DNA of 58,437 nucleotides from Gracilinanus agilis (taxonomy: Eukaryota), in contig NC_058133.1 in assembly GCF_016433145.1 (NCBI RefSeq), forward strand, positions 249,842,026 to 249,900,462, in the 5' to 3' direction. How positions within the stretch are numbered: the first letter of the stretch is position 1; every line of letters starts with the position of its first letter. The position numbers and the translations under genes were made by a program. Shown here piece by piece: positions 22,240 to 58,437 of the stretch. The notes under the pieces are model-generated. The model made no database searches and was not told the origin of the DNA. It saw nothing but the letters and a program-made list of their open reading frames with translations.

Positions 22240-23200
22240 GTCATTAGCTTCTATTTGCCCAATTCTAATTGTTAAAGAATGAGTTTCTTTCATGTCAGTT
22301 TGATCCTCCTTTTCCATTTGGTCCATTCTACTTTTCATGGAACTCTTTTCTTCATGGGATTTATTGCCTCTTTTCCCAGTTGGTCAATTCTGTTTTTTAA
22401 CCTGTTATTTTCTTTTTACATTACTTTCAATTATTTTTCCCATTTTTCTTTGCTTTGTCTTATTTGATTTTTTAATTCCTTTTTGAGTTCTTCCAGTTCG
22501 TAAGACCAATTTCCATTTTTCTTTGAAGTTTAGCATATAGTTGTTTGGATCTCACCTTCCTCTACTGACTTTGTGCTTCACTCTTTGTTGCCATAGAAAT
22601 TTTCTAGGGTTAGGTGTTTCTTTTGCTGTTTGCTCATTTTCCTAGCCTTTTTTTTTTGCCTGTGGTTTCAGAGTTCTGAAAGCTAATGATTCTATCTCCT
22701 CTGCTGCTGGCTTTCAAGGCTCAGACTGTGAGCTATTTTGCTCTGGGGCTAGATCTTTACTACAGTGCAGACTTGAAAGAGCCAACTGCTATGGACTTTA
22801 GGGCCTTACTGGAGGCTAGTGCCAGGGCCTGGGTCTTTAAAGGGAGGTGAGTCTGAGGTGCTCTGTTGTTAGTGTAGCCTGGGTCTCAAATTTGGTCTAT
22901 GTCCAGGTTCAGAACATGGTGCAATAGGTGGGGAGGTGGGAAGGTGAGGGGTGGTCAGCCAGCACTCCTCTATGTGCAATTTTTGCTTCCAGTTCCCCTT
23001 ATCCAGAGAAAATTTACTCTCTCTGCCTACCTTTCAAGTTGTATTCCATAGGAGAGCCCCCTCACTCCATCTAGCTGTTGGTTTTTGACTCCTGGATTTT
23101 AAAGGCGCTTTTAAAAGGTTGTTTGGAAGAATTATCAGAAGAGTTTCAGTTTTCCACTGCTTCTAAGCCTTTATCTTGGCTCTACCCCCTGCACTAATGC
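22240..23200 (-). mobile_element. Marsupial L1 5'/ORF1-region fragment (antisense)
   Basis: T-rich ttttccatttggtccattct...ttcccagttggtcaattctgttttttaa, typical of antisense marsupial L1 ORF1. Recognised by eye, boundaries approximate. Confidence 0.5.
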
Positions 23201-24397
23201 TTTTGGGACTTTTTATAAGCTATTAGAGTTTTTAATTGCACTAAGACTGTTGAAGTTTTTGGCTTATCTTGGCAGGCTTGACACATTCTGAGTTTTCATA
23301 CTCATGATACTATTTTAATAGGCCTGTGCCACATTCATATTCATTCTTTTTTATATGATCTAGTTTCCATCTTCTCTCTACATAAAACCAAAAGAGTTGT
23401 GGAAAAAAAGGCCCTCTTCCCCTTGTTTGCCAAGTGACAAGATCCTCAATGGATGCTGCCAATTGTAGCCTTTTCTTTAGCTTTAGTCCCCATTCTCCAG
23501 GGACCAGGTCACCTCTCCATGTTTGTCTCTGACAGCCAGTTTTGGGCCAACAGGATCTTAGACCATGACAATTAACAACTGTATACATCAGGCCCCACTA
23601 CTCCATTTGCCTTCATTGACCCAATGTAACAATCAGCAATTCCAGTTCTAAAGCAGCCCCTAATCACCATAGTGATAAGGAAAACAATTCAAAACCTGCA
23701 CACCAATATATAGATCTTATAACTTCCTCTTTCCCATCATGTGATCCCCTTGCCCATTTCAAGACCATGCACCTCAAGATTCCTAATGAAAAAACATTTC
23801 TAAACTTACCTATCTTCTCTTCCTCCCACCTCATTCTCTTATTTATCATTAATTTTGGGCCCAGAAGTAAATCATAATTGGATGATAAGAGGGCATGGCC
23901 TAAGTACAGATCATACATACACATTAGATGTCTTCATGAAATAAGAAGTATCAGTGGTAATCTAAAGCAGCTTGTTTGGTTTTAGTTTTTAAATGGAAGC
24001 AGCACAATATAGGAGAAATAACACTGGATCTGGAACCAGAAGACTTGGTTTGAAATCTGGTTTGTTGTTTAATTTTGAAGTAGTCATTAATCTTTCCTGG
24101 CCCCAGTTTCAGGCTAAATATAGATCAGTTAAAAACCCCAAGACAAAGTTAAGGAGGTACAATACCCAGAAGAGAATAAGGCATGGTCATTCAAGAATAG
24201 GCCTTTGAGACAGGAAAACCTGGGTTCAAGACATGCCTCAGACATCTATTTTGGGCAAACCACCTAACTGTTTAGTTCTTCAAGGCAATTCTCTAAGACT
24301 AATTTACAGAACAGTTGCTATGACAGAAGAAGTTTTTTCACTAGGAGCTTCTGACACTTATGGAATCAAGTCTAAACTAAGAATAAACACTCAGAAG

Positions 24398-24577
24398 GCA
24401 GTCAGTTGGCTCAGTGGATTGAGAACCAGACCTAAAGTGGAGAGGTCCCAGGCACTTCCTAGCTGTGTGACCTTGGGCAAATCATTTAACCCCCATTGCC
24501 TAGCCCTTAACACTCTTCTACCTTGGAACCAATATACCATATTGATTCTAAGACAGAAGATAAAGGTTTAAAAAAAA
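24398..24577 (+). mobile_element. SINE1_Mdo-like element with target-site duplication
   Basis: Core cacttcctagctgtgtgaccttgggcaaatcatttaacccccattgcctagccctt and A tail; 13-bp TSD AAACACTCAGAAG at 24385-24397 and 24575-24587. Confidence 0.88.
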
Positions 24578-26399
24578 CACTCAGAAGAGATTAGGTGATA
24601 GTCCCACCACACTCTTCCTTGGCAAGATCACATTTTAAAATATTGGCACTATGTTTTAGGAAAGATGTTGAGAAGTTCCAGAATATCCAGAGGATGATGA
24701 GGGGACTGGGGACTAGAGTAGAGCTAGAATGGGGAAAACAAGGAGATAAAGAAGAAGGTTCTTGAGAGCAGTGGAACCTAGGAGTAAGAGATAGCAGGCA
24801 GCTAAAGTTAAAGCCTTGGGTGTGGCTCCCCTCCATACCAAATTTGATGGTAGGGCCCCAGTGGGGAATGTAGGCCAAGAGAGCCATGTCCTGTTTACCT
24901 GTGGGGGAAGCTAGACCCCTGAGTCATACATTATTCTGGGCTATGTTGGTATGAAGGATGGTGTGTGGGTGTATAAGGCTGGCTACTCTGGAAGGGATTC
25001 ATTTCTGGCATTCCTGAGGCCATGGTTCTGGAATCTGGGTCCATACTTGTGCTTCAACCCCCCTCTGGCTGGGATGAGAGCTGGGATCTGAGTGTATTGG
25101 AGAGAAAGACAGTTTTTGTGACAATGACAAGGGAAGTAGTATTGTGGTATGGAGAAGAGTCAAGCTGAAGGTTATAGAAATTTCATCAATGTCCTGATGA
25201 AAGCTGAGTGTTTAGGGAGTTATACCAAGGTAGGGGGCAGCAAAAAAGAAGAAGAGCAGCACATCTTGCTTTGAGTGGTCATGAGAACATATATGTAAGA
25301 GAATAGTAAAGAAGTATATGGGTTTGAAAAGGCTATAAGTTAGGAATTCAGTGCCAGAGAATACTAAATGGGATGAATGAGAATATTGAGGTTTTACTTG
25401 GTCTGGGGACTAACAAGGCAGAAAATGAACAAAGGCTTCATTAAGAAAGGTATAGTATCCTGGGCTAGGGAAATGAAAGTCCTACTAAGGCTGTACTCTG
25501 GTTAGGCCAGAGTACCGTATTACTATAGGAACTATATTTTAAGATAGACATTGGCAAGCCAGTGTTCAGAGGAGGGCAACCAAGATGGTGAAGGATCTAT
25601 GAAAGGAATTAGGGCAATTTAACTTAGAGGAAACATTGGGTAGGTCACCTCTCTAAAAAGTATTTGAAGAGCTATAATGCAGAAGATGTGATGCACTGGT
25701 TTTGGAGAGCAGAATTAAGGGTCCATGTCAGGAAAAATGTTCTTCCCATTCTCTTTGATTGTCCCCAGTACTTGAATGCTCTCCTTCGTCCTTACCACTG
25801 CCCTCTTTGGTTTTCTTTAAATCCCCACTAAAATTCCACCTTTTAGAGGAAAATTTCCCTCTCTTTATTATTTCCTATTTATCTGGTATCTAGCTTGCTT
25901 TGTATATATTTGTTTGCAAGTCATCTCTCTCTTTAGATTGAAAGTTCCCTGAGGACAGTAACTTTTTTGCCTCTTTTTGTATTCCCCACGTTTAGCACAG
26001 TGTATGGCTCATAGTATGCATTTAATGAATGTTTATTGATTGAATTAGAGCTCTCCAAAAGTGGAATGTGATGGTAATAGGCTCTTCCTTACAGGTATTT
26101 GAATAAGTGCTGTGTTTCATTATCACAGTTCTTGAGTTGGAACTGAGTACCCCTGAGGTTGTTTCCAATTGCTGAGTTTCTGCTCTGGAGATTCGATGTT
26201 AGAAACGAACTTGAGGAAAAGGGGACCTAACTGTTGGGATTTGGGACTAACCTCGGGAGGGAAAGCTGTCGGAGACAGAGATGAGGAAGCCGGGCGAATC
26301 TGCCTAATTGGAGAGAAAAGCTTGGTAACCTAGTTGACACTATTTCCCTTCCCCAAGATCCCCAGCATTCTCTGGCCTCAAGCTTCGACCTCCCCCACA

Positions 26400-27697
<1,298 letters not shown>

Positions 27698-28264
27698 GAA
27701 TACCTGGACTGTAACCTGAAAATGGAAACAACCTGGCTCCTTTTTGCTGTTCACCCATGAGGGTGGACCAGGGCCATTGTTCCTCCCTGCTGGTTCCAGA
27801 GGTTTGTAGGTGAATGTGAGGATGGAAATGAAAACTCATGAGGTAGTATAGCTGCCTCCTTAACTCAGGCTCTGGCCTCAATCCTCCATTATTCCAGAAG
27901 CTGACTCTCACAACCTAGAACATATACTTGTGGAAGGACAGATTCATGATGGTTCCTTTGGCTTGTCTGTTGGAGCAGCTGCCATGTTAGCATTTCTGCA
28001 AAATGGTTTGAGATATAGAAATGGCACAGTAGGAAGGACCTATTTTTAATTCCAAGTGAATGAATTCCTTCCCTCTGGCATTAAGAGAGTCAAGAAAGTA
28101 CCTGTTACCTTGTTGCCATATTATCATTATTGCTTCTTCCCCCTCCACCACATCTCATTGTATTTTGTATGGACTTTTAGCACTGATTTATGTATACTTC
28201 TTATTTCTCCTAGAGCTAAGCCTATCAAGGACAAGAAACCATTTTATTTGTATTCCCAGTTCCT

Positions 28265-28270
28265 AATAAA
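28265..28270 (+). terminator. Candidate RNF227 polyadenylation signal
   Basis: First AATAAA I found after the RNF227 stop, followed by a T-rich tract. Confidence 0.5.
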
Positions 28271-30569
28271 CAATACATTTGTAAATTTAATAGAATTTCC
28301 TTATTTTTCTTTTACCATCCTTTAACTATGCTCTTAACTACTCCTGTTCCTGGTAGCTGCTCATTCTTCCCTAATTTGGGGGACAGCTGTCATCTTGTCA
28401 TCAGAAGACATGGTGAACAGCAAATGAATACAGCTCTTTGCCCCAATTCTCTTGATGCTACCCTTACTTTTGAAATGTATCCTGTGAAATGGCAGGGCCC
28501 CCTACCACTGGCTACCAACTGGTTTTCTGTCGTTTGTCCATTTTTTCACTCCTTAACTACTCAGTAAATCCATTAACCTCTTAACCTATGCTCAAACTAT
28601 ACCTGGGGATTGATAACCCTGTAGCTGTTCCTCCTCCACAAATTATTTAACTAAACAACTTGGTGACTGTTGTGGGCTATACGAAGAGGTGGAAGAGAAA
28701 TAGAAAAGTTTGGCATCTATTTATTTGAACACTCCTACTTTTCCTCCCCCAAATCCTGGTACCTCTCCCATACTACATGGTACAGTAGAAAGGCTTTGGG
28801 TTTGAGTTCTACCTCAGACTGTTGTCACTTATATGATCTTGGGAAAATTATCCTCCCTGGGCCTCAGTTTCCTTATTTAAAAAAAAAAAAAAAAGGCAGT
28901 TTGAATAGATGGCCTTCTTCAATCTCTTCTATTCAGCATTCTACTCTTGACTTCACCCTCCTGAGCCAGCTTGACTATCCTGAGACCTGGCCAAGTTATG
29001 CTTAGTCACATTTTCACAGAGCCTAGCCTTGAGGAATGGGGAAGGAAAGCCTGTGATGATATTTATCCTATGTCTTGTTTTTATATAGTTATTAGTTAAT
29101 TGTCTCCTCCATTAGATTGGCTGCTCCTGCAGATCAAGGACTATATTTTGCCTTTCTTTATATCCTCAGGACTTAGTATGGTACCTGACACATGAGATGC
29201 TTAAAAAATGTTTACTGAGATAGGAAAAAAATCATAAAATAAGTGACATATATGGAATAGCACCAGGAGCCTGACGCCCCCTCCATCAACTCCCCACCCT
29301 CCAAAACCAAAGAACCCTATCCCCAAAATAACAGAGCACACAGAAAGGAAAGTATAATTTATATGTACAACCAAGAAACCCGATACAGAAGGGAGTGAAT
29401 AGGTGAGGAGTGGGTATGAAAGCAGAAGGGATGAAGCAAGGAAAAGGTAAAGGGGACAGCAAAGAGGGCTGCAGTAGCTGGGGTTTACCATGCAAAATGT
29501 CACTTTCCCTTGGTCCCCATGGGGGGAATATGTCCTCATCCTCCCCTTCACTCCAAAGTTCTTTGTTATGGTTTCAGAGGTATGGAGGCAAGGTTCCCCT
29601 AGCTTATCCAGTCAAATTTCAGCCCCTTGGTCCAAGCTTGGAGCTGGGGGCAGAAGGGGAAGGACTAAAGAAGGAGGGGGTGGATAGAGCACTCTTAGGA
29701 CACCTGAGTTTCCAGAGCTGGGGCACAAAGGGGCCTGTTCCCCAGTTCTGGCCCTTTGTATTCCTTCCCATCTTCTTTACAATACCTGGGTTGCTGAGGT
29801 TGGGGACAGGGGAGAGGGAGGCTCCTCTTTGGCCTGAGTGTCCTCCATCCCTGACATTTTTCTTAGGGGGAGGTGGGTACCTGGTCCCTTGAGGGGAGGG
29901 AAGAATTCCCCTAACACAAGGAGCCAGTACACGGGAAGGTGACTCAGCCAGTGAATGGCGCCTTTATTCTGAGGCTGAAAATGAATTGACACTCCTCCCT
30001 CCAATTTCCCACCCTCAATTTTGAGGGAGGTAGGGGAGAGCAACATGCAGCCACACCTCCCCTCTCTTCCCTCTAGGAGTCATTTCCCATCCCACCTCAA
30101 ATTTTTTCCCTCCCTTTCTGAAAAGTTCTTCCATTCCCCAAAAGGATCCACAAGGGCTAGACAGGGCAAATTCCCCTCCTTGGTTACTGAGGATGGAGCG
30201 TAATACTGCAGAGGGAAGGGGAAATTGGGGAAGCCCTACCCCTTTCCCTTCCCTCTTACCCCAAACCATTTGCTGGAGAGCTGTGTGTTGAGGTTGGGGC
30301 TACTTTGAAAGAACAACTTCCACACCCCTCCCCCACCACAGCACCTTCATTCAAAGCATCAATGGAGAAGGCACCTGGGGCAGGGGGGTGGGGGAATACA
30401 GAGGGAGAAAGCCCTGGTTTGGAAAATAGGGGTGAAGGAGAAAGGGGCTCCTATCCTGATGGTGGCCCAGGGGGTGGGGAAGGTGGAGGATTGGCAGCAA
30501 TCCCCAGGGGTGGGATGTGGGCTGGAGGACGGCCCCTGGGACGGGGTGAGTGGCAGGGCTGGGGCCCTT

Positions 30570-53157
<22,588 letters not shown>

Positions 53158-54666
53158 CTTTGGGAAAGAAAACAAAGTCACACTGGTGAATTTAAACATT
53201 TAGTCTTCTATATCCTATTCCTTCTAGAATCCTACTTTCTCCAGGGACTGAGACATTTAACCTATTTAGCCCGGTCTCTTATTAACTGGAAGCAATAGAT
53301 GCTGAGTTCAGGGTTATTCTGAAAATGAAGACAGAGGTCAGAAGGAAAGTGTAGACAACCCACTGTGCTAATATACTGGGAGTATTAGCAGACTCCCAAT
53401 CAAGGATTAGGTTCCAAGTTATAGGCCGAATTCTCAGAACTCTCAGGATTCTTTCCTCCTGCCTTCACCTGTGACCTGCTCCCCTCAAAGCAGCCAGCTG
53501 GCACTCTGCCTAGAAGTTGGGGAAGCTATGCCCAGTTGCTTGCTTGGCATAATCCCAGGGTTTGGGGGGGGGGGATACAAACTGGCAGCTTTCTCAGTCA
53601 GATGCTGAAAAGGGAGATTCAACAGTTGGAGAACTAGAATTTTTTTTTTTAAATTAACCAAGGAAGTTTTGTTATCTGTCTGGGAGATAGGTTAGAAAAC
53701 ACTTGGCATCTATTTCTATTTCCCTGGCAATTTACTACCCTATTGTTAGTCCAAACTATAATCCCATTTGGGAAAAGATAAGGTCAGTTGATCATTTTTA
53801 CTTCCCTAAGTGTTTGACCTTATCCAAAAAAAAAAAAAAAAAAAAAGCTCTCTTCCTACTATTTCCCAAGATTCAGTTTGAACTGAGCAATAGTAATAAT
53901 TAATAAGAATAAGAATCATCCTAGCTAGCATTTATATAGTACTTTAAGAACTACTTTACAAATAGTATTTTAATCTTAAAACCACTTAGAGAGGTAGATG
54001 CTATTATTTATTGTAAAAACAAATCTCTATTGTAAAAACATCAATAAATGAAGAAACTTAGAGATTAAATGACTTGCTCAAAGTCACACAGTTCTGAAGT
54101 ACCTAAGACAGGGCTTGAACTCAGATCTTCCTGTCTTCAGTTTTAATACTCTATCCACTACTCACAGGTTCAACCACTACTTCCTACTCCAGACATATTC
54201 CCTCCAAACTAGAGTGAATGCCTGGCATCATAGTCCTAAGTCCTAGTTCTTGTTCCCTTAGAGAATGAAGACATTCTATCCCAGCGGTGGTATTTCTCTT
54301 AATCTGCAAAGTTCTTTATAATAAACCCTCTTTATAGATGAGAAAACTTTGACTTTTGAGTCCTATTGTCATTCCACTACAACATGATAAGCTCCTTCCC
54401 CTTGGGGATCCAGGTTTTTTGACTCTACATACATCCCAACACATACTCTATGATATGGACAACATAAAAAAATTCTGAGACAAAGACTGACATTTATCAT
54501 ACACACAATAAACATGGATTGTTTACATGTACATGTAAATATGTGTATTTTAACAAGCATACACACCAGGGAGTCAACTTACACTTTCACAAACACAGAC
54601 TACCTGCCAATAACAAAGTGAAGACCCTGACTTTTGCCCCAGAATCCTATTTTGGAAGAATGGGAA

Positions 54667-54865
54667 GGGGAAACCAGATGGCTCATTGGATAGGGTGTGG
54701 AAATTGGAGTATCAAGGACATGGGTTCAAATATGATCTCAGTCTCTTCCTAATTGTGTGACTCTGGGGAAGTCACTTGATCCCAATTGCCTTAGCCTTAG
54801 TACAGAATCTTACTTAGTACTTAGATACTTAGTATCAATTCTAAGACAGAAGATAAGGGTTAAAA
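54667..54865 (+). mobile_element. SINE1_Mdo-like element (diverged)
   Basis: gggg...ggctcattggatagg...gggttcaaatatgatctcag...gtgtgactctggggaagtcacttgatcccaattgcctt...tctaagacagaagataagggttaaaaa. Confidence 0.75.
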
Positions 54866-57039
54866 ATGTTACTAGCTCTTCCTGGTGTTCCCTTACCTAG
54901 TTCTCTATTCTGCCTCCTTTAGTTGGTTACCAAAATCAGTTAGTCACCAAAAAATGTTGGGATGTACCGATGGGACTACTGAAAATTAGATAATTTTCTA
55001 ATTTATTTTCCCCAATCCCCTAGCATCAGTCCAACCAGCCTGACCCCTCATTCTTGGGCAGAGGTAGCAGCAGGAGGGGAAAACTTAGAGCAGCACTGCC
55101 CAGCCCACTAGCTTTAGGCAACATATTTTCACTTTCTACAACCAAAGGCAAATTAACAATTAGCATCAGAATACTAGAATTTTCCTGCCCCCAAAGCCCA
55201 TTACTGCTTTCTTCTTCCCCATAAATCCCAGTTTCTTTCAGTGATCAAGATTCTAAGGCCCCCACTCTTTTACATAAAAGCTCTTATTTTAAATTTAGGG
55301 CAGGAAAGTGACATAACAACAGAATATCTGCCTCAGTATAGAGAATAGAACTGTTGCTGGTATCCCTTTGGTCAGTTCTCCCTAAACCCAGAGGCTTCAT
55401 TAATATCAGAATGTTTCCATTAACAGTGAAGAAAGGGCAGTTAGTTTAGGATTAGGGAACAGCATGAATTCACTGGGGAAAGCAGGAGGGACAGAACACA
55501 GGCCTGAGGAACTCTTTAATCTGTCTGACCCTTCCCAGCTACAGGTGGAAATCCAACTAACCTGATCTTGGCAAAGCTGGAGTGGTGGAGAAAAGCAAGG
55601 AAGGAAGGAGAAAGAGACATAAAGAAAAGAGAGGCTAAGTCTCTCAACTCCTCAGTCTCACCCAATGGCCTGAAGCCCAGGCTCTCCCACTTCCCTGGCT
55701 CTCATCCCTGAGGGGGCTGGCAAGCTAGAAAAAGGAGGAGTCTCAGAAAAAGCCTGGCCTCCCCTTTCCTTTCTATCTCACCATCAATCTCTCACACACA
55801 TATATTTATTTTTTTCTCAAATTCCCCTCCCTCCCCCAACAACGAACCCATAATAGGGCCTCTGCACATGCGTATTGCAAGGAGAGGGTGGGTTTTTATT
55901 TTCAAGCGTTTTGCAAAGAAACTACTAGAATTTTCCACACCACCCATATCCTACCCTTCCCCCTCCCCAAGCAATCACATCTAAATATTATTTCTCTATA
56001 GTGGCCAGAAGGGGGAGGGGAAAGAAATTCAGTTTTGGCTCCCTTCTTTCCCCTCCCCCCCCAACAGGAGTCTTTGGATTTGAAATGCTGAACAATGTAC
56101 AGAGGTTGGTGGGAGGAGAAAGAGGTAAAGTTGGGCCCAGTTAAGAATGTGAAACAAAATGGGGATGAGGGAAAATCAGTCTGGGTGAAAAACAATGGAG
56201 AGCTGCAGAATATAGAAATTCATATTCTACTTGGGAGTTTGGCCCAGAAGGGGAATTAAATACATGGGACAAACTTCTTGGGATTGATATTTGCCTTTCT
56301 CACACCTGAAGAAACATAGAAAGGAAGAGGAACTAAAATATATTTCCCTCAAAGTTTTTTTTTTTTTTTTACATTGGAAAATTACCCAATAAGGATATTT
56401 TACTCACTCAAACTTGGGAGGGTTTAGGTGTATGATAAACTGCTCTGAGTGGAAGGATTATTTTTCATTTTAAACCCAAAATGAAAGAATTTGATACCTT
56501 CAAATGTCTGCTTATTTATTAAGGAAATAAGCTTAGGAAGAGGGGAGCAGAAAGTCAAACAAAGACACACATCAAGCTCCATAGATTTCATTCCTGCTCT
56601 TTCTCAGCTCTCCCCTCTTTTATCAGCCTGGTTAGGTAAGAATCCACCCCCTAATCCCTTCCTTCATCTTTTTTTTCTCTTCACTTTCCAGGTATATTGT
56701 AGGTGCTTATTAAATGTTTAATTGAAATGACACCTGTCTCCCAAATTCTCCCATTTCCACTAAAAAAAAGTGTTCCCCCAAAGTAATTTTTTCTACTTGT
56801 TTCCTATTTCACAGACCCTAGGGTAAAATAACAAATTATTTCATTTTCATTAAGACACTCCCTTCCCTCTCCTTTCCCCTTTTAGATCCTCTTCTTCCTA
56901 TGCCCCAATACTTCTTTTGTTGTTCAACTAAAATATATACAAGGCATATCTGCCATATGTGGCACTAATTTATATTTTAGTATTAAGAACACGGGGCATA
57001 TTTCATCAATAGAGGCTGAGGGGAAAAAAAACACAAGGC

Positions 57040-57200
57040 AACATGGTGTAGTGAGGACTTGATTTTGAGTTAGAATCCCAGCTCCCTAGACCCTTTTACT
57101 ACCTGTGTGACTTTGAGAAAGTCATTTAACCTCTCCTGGCCTCAGTTTCCTTATCTGTAAGATGAAAGAACTGAACTCCATGACCTCTAAATTTCCCTCC
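57040..57200 (+). mobile_element. MIR/MIR3 SINE fragment
   Basis: ctacctgtgtgactttgagaaagtcatttaacctctcctggcctcagtttccttatctgtaagatgaaag. Confidence 0.7.
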
Positions 57201-57939
57201 AACTTTATACCTATGAGGCTTTTGAAGTCTGTTCCGAGAAAAGGGGATGAAAGTGCCCTTACATTATTTTTTATATTTCTAGAAATAGCCACACAAGGTT
57301 GTCTGAGGTGGGGTAAGCGACTGGGTCCTTGATGAGGCAACTGTTACCCCTCAACTGTGGCTACAGTTATTAATGTTGCCCCGTTGAAAAAGCAGGGTAG
57401 GGGAGTGATGGACCTCGTGTATGTAATAAACACCACAGGAGGTGAGGTGTTCCACATCCTCAGGGTCACCCCTCCCCAAGGTGATAGTGGGGGGGGGGGG
57501 GTAATCAGAGAAGTCACAACCACTAGGGCCCCAGGACCACAGTAGTGGGTTCACTCAAGGACAAAAGAGGGTCAAAGGCTCACATAGTAGAAAGAGGGGG
57601 GAGTCCTAGGGATAGGAATACATACACTCTAGCTACAGAGGACTCCAGGCATCAGGATATAGGTGTATTTGATTTTTCCTTTAGGCGCACTGCCCACCCC
57701 CACTTCCAAGATTGGGGGGGAGGGAGGGGGCATTTATTTGCCAGGCAGTGGGCTGTGTACAAAAGTCCCATCGCCACCCGAAGAACAAGCCCCAGTACAA
57801 GTCTCTCAGTGCCCTCACGGCCAGGAGCGTCCGTGCTGGCAGCGTGTCTGTCCCCAGGTGGTCATGAGGGACCCCTTCCCAGCTCCGAGCCCCGAGGAGG
57901 ACTAGCCTCGCACCGCCCCCCATAAATGCATACCATCTA

Positions 57940-58437
57940 ATTTTACATTTAGTCAGACCCCAAACCGGCCGGAACTCTCAAAACCGGCTCAGTCACGGTA
58001 GCCTCTCTCCGATGCCTTCCCCCCTCAGCCTAGGCTGGTCCCGCCAGCCGGGGGAGGAGGGGGGGGGCCGTCTGGCGCTCAAGCCGGGCCTGAAGGCGCG
58101 GCGGGAGGGGGAGGAGGGTTGTAGTCTCGGGTTCGATCTCTTCCAGTACCCCGAAGAGAAAGGACAGGAGGAAGAAAAGAGAAGGGGGAAAAAAAAAAAG
58201 CCACACACACCACCGGCCCTCCCCTCCCCCTAAGGCTGCGACCTAGAGTTGGCTCCTCAGTCCGCGCGCCCGCTCAGCTGGCGCCCGGCGTACAGCCGCG
58301 GCCGCAGGCTCCCCCCAGAGCGGGGGGAGGGGGCTGGGCTGGGGGAGGGGAGGCGAGGCGAGGCCCGCTCGACCAGCAGGTCGGCCCACCGGCCCGGAGA
58401 GCTGCCCGGCCTCAGGCCCGGGGCGGGGAGGGAGGGA
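57940..58437 (-). promoter_or_regulatory. CpG island at the 5' end of CHD3 (intron 1 side, continues past the window)
   Basis: Very GC- and CpG-rich; about 4.8 kb upstream of CHD3 exon 2, where the long-isoform first exon is expected just beyond the edge (inference from human structure). Confidence 0.75.

Overview
Marsupial genomic DNA. Opossum-type SINE1/MAR1 SINEs suggest a didelphid such as Monodelphis (inference). The gene order matches human 17p13.1 in reverse: [CNTROB-side promoter] - TRAPPC1(+) - KCNAB3(+) - DHPS processed pseudogene(+) - RNF227(+) - CHD3(-), with the CHD3 CpG-island first exon lying just beyond the right edge. I traced all coding exons of TRAPPC1 (145 aa), KCNAB3 (409 aa) and RNF227 (181 aa), and CHD3 exons 2-40, by hand; the reading frames are continuous. 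Almost all other ORF-track entries are antisense or repeat noise. The highlight is a minor-spliceosome theme. CHD3 intron 28 hosts a composite C/D + H/ACA scaRNA (SCARNA21-like) whose two guides point at U12 snRNA G18 and U19, with a tentative third domain aimed at U6atac. CHD3 itself and the neighbouring TRAPPC1 each carry a U12-type intron. Other notable points: the homologue of the human CHD3 cassette exon 33 keeps its splice sites but has in-frame stops (poison or dead exon); a non-coding counterpart of the human CHD3 'MKAADT...SKNDQL' first exon is visible; Kv-beta3 has substitutions at conserved NADPH-binding residues; and a hAT-Charlie MITE has intact TIRs and an 8-bp TSD. Comparisons with human proteins and snRNAs are from memory and need database confirmation.
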